Sequence record: DRR378314_544
Length of the DNA: 54,660 bases
Direction: 5' to 3' (one strand)
This document shows, piece after piece, positions 50,089 through 54,660 of the stretch. Position 1 is the first letter of the stretch. Every line of letters starts with the position of its first letter. The notes beneath the pieces were generated by a model. The model searched no databases. It saw nothing but the letters and a program-made list of their open reading frames with translations, and was not told the origin of the DNA. The translations under genes were made by a program, and so were the position numbers.

Positions 50089-50178
50089 GATAGACCCTGC
50101 TCACGGGAAAACGGAGCCGGCGGTCTGCCGGCTTTACTCGGGAGGGCCATCACCGTGGCCCTCCATCACACACGATGA

Positions 50179-51159
50179 TTACTGTTTGATCTTGCTGTCT
50201 TCGATCGTGTAGCCGTTTTCGTTGAACCAACGGGCTGCACCTGGATGCCAGGGCAAGACGTTGTTCTTCGTGTAGTTTTCCGGAACGGAGTTTTTCGCGG
50301 CCTTGTGAATGGAGACCATCTTGTCGTTGTTCTCCATCGTCAGCTTGGTGATTTCGTACACAAAGCTCTCAGGCATGTCGCAGTTGACCATGGCGAAGTT
50401 CCACATGGAGACAACACGGGATGGCTCACTCAGCGACTGGTAGGTGCTGGCCGGAATGATGAATTCAGAGACCGGGAAATTCTCAGTTACCTTCTTGGCT
50501 TCCTCATCGGTCATGCCGATGATGGTCACATCGGTTTGCACCTCCAGTTGGCTAACGGCCGGAATTGGAATACCGGCCGCAAAGGCCACGACATCAATCA
50601 GGCCGTCCTGCAGCTGTCCACCCAGATCAGACCAGCTACCGTTGCGGCGCTCGAAGTTGACGCCCAGGGTTTCCATGATGCGGGGGAAATAGGTATCCGA
50701 TGTGGAGCCCGCGGGCCCGAAACCAATGGTGGCACCGTCCGGAATATCAGAAATAGAGGTGATGCCGGAACTGGACAGCGCGGTGACAGAGAACGGTGTT
50801 TCATACATGGGGAACATCGCGCACACGTTGTCCATCTTCATGCCCGGTGCCAACGGGCTGGAGCCGTCGATGGATTCCTGTGCCGGACCCAAGGTGGTCA
50901 AACCAAGCTTCAGATCGCCCGTATGAACCAGTGCCATGTTCTGCATGGGACCACCGGTAATTTCCGCACCACCGGACACGCCCAGGTTCTCGGCCACAAA
51001 GTTCGCCCATCCGGACCCATACGCGAAATAGGTACCGCCCTGACTCGCCGTACCCACGGTGAAGTTGTCTGGCCAATCGGACCGGTCCTGCGCCATAGCC
51101 GGGCTGGTGAGCGCGAACGTTGAGGCGAATGCCACTGCAAATACGGATTGGTTTTTCAT
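50179..51159 (-). CDS. TAXI-family TRAP solute-binding protein
   Basis: Signal peptide, GTASQGGTYF.YG, GP.GS, LQDG.ID, PWHPGAARWF.E. Confidence 0.92.
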   Translation of the reverse strand: MKNQSVFAVAFASTFALTSPAMAQDRSDWPDNFTVGTASQGGTYFAYGSGWANFVAENLGVSGGAEITGGPMQNMALVHTGDLKLGLTTLGPAQESIDGSSPLAPGMKMDNVCAMFPMYETPFSVTALSSSGITSISDIPDGATIGFGPAGSTSDTYFPRIMETLGVNFERRNGSWSDLGGQLQDGLIDVVAFAAGIPIPAVSQLEVQTDVTIIGMTDEEAKKVTENFPVSEFIIPASTYQSLSEPSRVVSMWNFAMVNCDMPESFVYEITKLTMENNDKMVSIHKAAKNSVPENYTKNNVLPWHPGAARWFNENGYTIEDSKIKQ

Positions 51160-51233
51160 AGAGGATGCTCCCCGTCTCGTTATGTTTGTTGGGTGCTATA
51201 GAGAAACACAACAGGCTTCCCTGGCAAGACGAG

Positions 51234-51250
51234 AGCAAAGAGCAGACCAG
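51234..51250 (-). promoter_or_regulatory. Sigma54 (-24/-12) promoter for the TAXI-TRAP operon
   Basis: Minus strand CTGGTCTGCTCTTTGCT has GG-N10-GC spacing, about 75 bp upstream of the TAXI start. Confidence 0.75.
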
Positions 51251-51310
51251 ATTAAGAAACTCTTTTAAAAACAGCAGCTTTTCGGATTTACAGACGTTTC
51301 AGTGCAACGG

Positions 51311-51363
51311 AAATGGGTGGATTTCCACTCATCAACCTCCGTAAATGGGTGGGGATTGGCCAA
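51311..51363. promoter_or_regulatory. Tandem DctD-type upstream activator sequences
   Basis: Palindrome TGGGTGGATTTCCACTCA (51314-51331) and a degenerate copy at 51346-51363. AAATGGGTGG is repeated 32 bp apart. Confidence 0.65.
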
Positions 51364-51536
51364 GATGGCCACTGACACGACAGATTCGAGAAGACTCAAC
51401 GGAGCAGACTGTCAAATCTTGTCCGAGGTCTTCCATAGGGAGAGTTTACTGTTCAAACTATGAGCAGATCTGTCGCGCCACCCGTACTGAGATTGGCCCA
51501 CGCTCGAACAGCCGCCCTTGACTGAGGCACAATGCA

Positions 51537-52678
51537 ATGTCGATTTCCGCAAAAACCACCGCATTGATTCTGCTGATGGGGGTTTTGCTTTCATTGTGCG
51601 CGTTTTTCATCCAACACAAAGTTATCTACCCCGCGTTTCATGAAATCGAGCTCGACTACGCCAGGAACAACATTGATCGGGTGGTCCGGCGGCTGGACGC
51701 GCAACGGCAAACCATTGATTTCACGGTATATGACTGGTCGGCATGGAACGACACCTATTCGTTCGTACAAACCGGCGATCCGGAATACATCGAGTCCAAT
51801 CTGTATCCGGACACATTCCGGTCCTGTTTGCCATGCGCCCGGTTGTAAAAAGCGACGGTACGGACCTGCACCAGGGTTATGTGGTGTTTGGCCAGTTTCT
51901 TGATGATGAGCTGATCATGAGCCTTAAGGCCGACATCTCAGGCATCTCCAAGGCCATGGACTATTCCCTTCGGGCCAACATCAATAAAAACGATGAAATC
52001 GGTGCCCTGTCCCGGGAGTTCAATGCCATGCTGGGGATGATTGAGTCGAACAATACGGAGCTGTTGCGACTAAATACCGAATTGACATCGAAGCATCAAA
52101 AGGTGCTTGAAATCCAGAACGAGCTTCAGAGCGCCAATGCCGAACTGAAGCGCCTATCCGAGCACGACCCTCTGACCGGTCTTTCAAACCGACTGGCCCT
52201 TGAAAAGAAGCTGGAGCAAGCCTGGGAGATACTGAGCCGAACCGGCGACCCACTCAGTGTCATGCTTGCCGACATTGACCACTTCAAACTCTATAACGAC
52301 CGATATGGACACCAGGCGGGGGACGACGCGTTGAAGAGGGTTGCGAACGCACTGACAGAAGCCGCGCAACGGAAATCAGATATGGCGGCGCGGTACGGCG
52401 GGGAAGAGTTCCTGCTGGTACTCCCAGGCACTGACGCCGATGCCGCCATGGAAATCGCGGCCTCAATACGCAAGCAGATCATTGCGGCCAACATTGAGCA
52501 CGACCGCAATCCTGTTGCGCCTTTTCTGACCATCAGTATCGGAGTTTCAACGGTAATACCCTGCAGCGACCTTACAATGCGGGACCTTATCAATGCAGCC
52601 GACATGGCCCTGTACCAGGTCAAGGAGAAGGGCAGAAACAATTTCGGGCATCAAGTGATTGAAACGTCTGCCGAATAA
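51537..52678 (+). pseudogene. Disrupted CHASE4-HAMP-GGDEF diguanylate cyclase (GGDEF portion intact)
   Basis: 51537-51818 encodes TM1 and the CHASE4 N-terminus (DWSAWNDTYSFV...YIESNL). The frame then changes to the CHASE4 C-terminus (RPVVKSDG...GYVVFGQFLD), which runs straight into HAMP (DEIGALSREFNAM) with no TM2, then DPLTGL...RKSD.AARYGGEEF. Confidence 0.72.
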
Positions 52679-52698
52679 CAGCCTTCGGCATCAGCGCT

Positions 52699-53124
52699 TT
52701 ACCATCGGCCCTGTAACGTCGCTACTAGCTTCCGGCCGCCGGCACGGTCACGGTGCTCGCACAGATAGATGCCTTGCCATGTGCCCAGAGCAAGACGTCC
52801 ATCGTTCACCGGAACAGTCAGTGAAGGCCCTACCAGAATACTTTTGATGTGAGCCGGCATGTCGTCCGGGCCCTCCATGGTGTGCTCGTAGTGGGGTGCG
52901 TTCTCCGGCACCATCACATTGAAATGTCGTTCCAGGTCACCGCGAACGTCCGGGTCGGCATTCTCGTTGATGGCCAGCGAGGCGGAGGTGTGCTGGATGA
53001 AAAGGTGTAGCAGCCCCACCTGGCAGTTCTGCAGTGACGGTGCCTGAGCCAGGACGTCATTGGTGACCAGGTGAAAGCCCCGGGGCAGAGGCGCCAATTC
53101 GATAAAGGTCTGATCCCAGATCAT
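52699..53124 (-). CDS. yjbQ: YjbQ (UPF0047) family protein
   Basis: RGFHLVT, HTSASL.INENADPDVR.D, EGPDDMPAHIK, LGTWQGIYLCEHR. Start at ATG 53124. Confidence 0.92.
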   Translation of the reverse strand: MIWDQTFIELAPLPRGFHLVTNDVLAQAPSLQNCQVGLLHLFIQHTSASLAINENADPDVRGDLERHFNVMVPENAPHYEHTMEGPDDMPAHIKSILVGPSLTVPVNDGRLALGTWQGIYLCEHRDRAGGRKLVATLQGRW

Positions 53125-53138
53125 ATTCAACCTCGTCT

Positions 53139-54206
53139 CTATTTCTGCCGGTCGTCCCAGGGGTGGACAGGAACCACATCGTCCCCCACATCCCCTTCAT
53201 AGCTGCTGCGGAAATAATCCATGGCTTTTTCCGCCTCGCTGAGTTCATCAAACCGGGCAATGTGGTAAATCGCTTCGCCCTCATTCACCAGTGGCAGGTT
53301 GTTCACGCAGATCACAATGCCGGAACAGGGCGACAGCACGGCGGTTTCGGATTCACCGAACGGGTCGGCCACCATCGCCAGTTTCTGGCCCTTGCGTACC
53401 TTCTGGCCAAGGCTGGCCACCGGGCGCATGATCCCGTCCGTGTCCGTTCGCACCCATTGTGAATTGGCGGCGGTTTCCGAGCGTTTTCTGGGGGCCTTGG
53501 GGCCCTTCTTGGCGGGGATCATTTCCAGTTCCCGCATGACGCGAATCACCCCTTTAACACCACTGGAAATCACCACATCGTCAAACCGCAGGGCTTCCCC
53601 GCCCTCAAAGGTCACGACGGGAATGTCCTGGGAGTCGGCGTAGGCGCGGAGGCTGCCTTCCCGCAGGCTGGCGTTGATGATAATAGGCGCACCAAAAGCC
53701 TCGGCCATGCGGATGGTTTCCGGGTTTTTCAGCTCAGCGCGAATCTGCGGCAGATTAAAGCGGTGTATGGCGCCCGTGTGCAAGTCAATAATGTGCGACA
53801 CGTTTTCCATGATCTGCGTGCGCAGCAGATAGGCGATACGGCCACCGAGCGATCCCGTCTCACTGCCCGGAAAACAGCGGTTCAGGTCGCGGCGGTCCGG
53901 CAGGTAGCGGGTGCGCTGGACAAACCCGAAGATATTAACGATGGGCACCGCCACCAGGGTTCCACGCAAATGCCGCAGCGCCGAGTTGGTCAGCACACGG
54001 CGCACGATCTCCACACCATTGATTTCGTCCCCGTGTATGGCGCCACAGACCATCAGAACCGGCCCGCTCCGGCGCCCATGAACCACCTCCACGGGAATGT
54101 GCAGGGGCGTATGGGTGTAGAGCTTGGCAACCGGTATCTCAACCGTCTGTCGAGTGCCGGCCTTGACCTCCTGGCCGGCGATCACGAACGGAGCCCGCGC
54201 AGCCAT
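53139..54206 (-). CDS. Succinylglutamate desuccinylase/aspartoacylase family (M14) metallopeptidase
   Basis: HGDEING, DLNRCFPG, DLHTG, FEGG, C-terminal barrel-sandwich-like domain. Confidence 0.88.
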   Translation of the reverse strand: MAARAPFVIAGQEVKAGTRQTVEIPVAKLYTHTPLHIPVEVVHGRRSGPVLMVCGAIHGDEINGVEIVRRVLTNSALRHLRGTLVAVPIVNIFGFVQRTRYLPDRRDLNRCFPGSETGSLGGRIAYLLRTQIMENVSHIIDLHTGAIHRFNLPQIRAELKNPETIRMAEAFGAPIIINASLREGSLRAYADSQDIPVVTFEGGEALRFDDVVISSGVKGVIRVMRELEMIPAKKGPKAPRKRSETAANSQWVRTDTDGIMRPVASLGQKVRKGQKLAMVADPFGESETAVLSPCSGIVICVNNLPLVNEGEAIYHIARFDELSEAEKAMDYFRSSYEGDVGDDVVPVHPWDDRQK

Positions 54207-54207
54207 G

Positions 54208-54660
54208 TCAGCCCCTCCCCTTCGTTCGGGTTTTCCAGGGCTTCTGGTTTTTCTCGGTCCAGTTCATGATCATGCCAGCAACGTTCTTTCCGGTGGCGTT
54301 CTCGATGCCTTCGAGGCCTGGCGAAGAGTTCACTTCCATCACCAGAGGGCCGCGGCTGGAGCGAAGCAGATCCACGCCGGCCACGTTCAGCCCCATGGAC
54401 TTCGCCGCCGTGATCGCCGTCTTTCGCTCTTCGGGAGTTATCCTCACCAGCGAGGCGGTACCTCCCCGATGCAGATTGGAACGGAATTCGCCTTCGCCAC
54501 CCTGGCGTTTCATCGCCGCGATCACCTTGTCACCGATCACGAAGCAGCGAATGTCAGCACCGCCGGCTTCCTTGATGAATTCCTGTACCAGAATGTCCGC
54601 TTTCAGGCCCATGAAAGCTTCGATCACGCTTTCCGCCGCCTTGCGGGTTTCCGCCAGCAC
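54208..54660 (-). CDS. rimK: RimK alpha-L-glutamate ligase, 3' part (start lies outside the window)
   Basis: [42 protein letters not shown]. Confidence 0.95.
   Translation of the reverse strand: MLAETRKAAESVIEAFMGLKADILVQEFIKEAGGADIRCFVIGDKVIAAMKRQGGEGEFRSNLHRGGTASLVRITPEERKTAITAAKSMGLNVAGVDLLRSSRGPLVMEVNSSPGLEGIENATGKNVAGMIMNWTEKNQKPWKTRTKGRG

Overview
Chromosomal window from a marine gammaproteobacterium. Gene order and protein sequences look Marinobacter-like (inference). It holds about 55 CDS, mostly housekeeping: ffh, rpsP-rimM-trmD-rplS, xerD-dsbC-hom-thrC-recJ-prfB (with the RF2 +1 frameshift), grxD, argF, glpK, dinB, minCDE and rimK. It also has three two-component systems and two tripartite carboxylate transporters (TctCBA with CitAB-like regulators; TAXI-TRAP with DctBD-like regulators). 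No rRNA, tRNA, CRISPR array, transposase or prophage was seen. The main signals are: (1) two operons with Pho-box arrays pointing to phosphorus-free membrane remodelling, namely olsBA and an Agt-like GT4 glycosyltransferase coupled to a PAP2 phosphatase rather than PlcP; (2) DUF1244 and HopJ-family genes translationally coupled to minCDE, divergent from dinB across a perfect LexA box; (3) a readable sigma54 promoter with DctD-type enhancer sites; (4) a candidate sRNA downstream of an RstAB-like pair; (5) two long palindromic elements between recJ and prfB; (6) a CHASE4-HAMP-GGDEF gene that appears to carry two internal deletions. All family assignments come from motif recognition by eye, not database searches.
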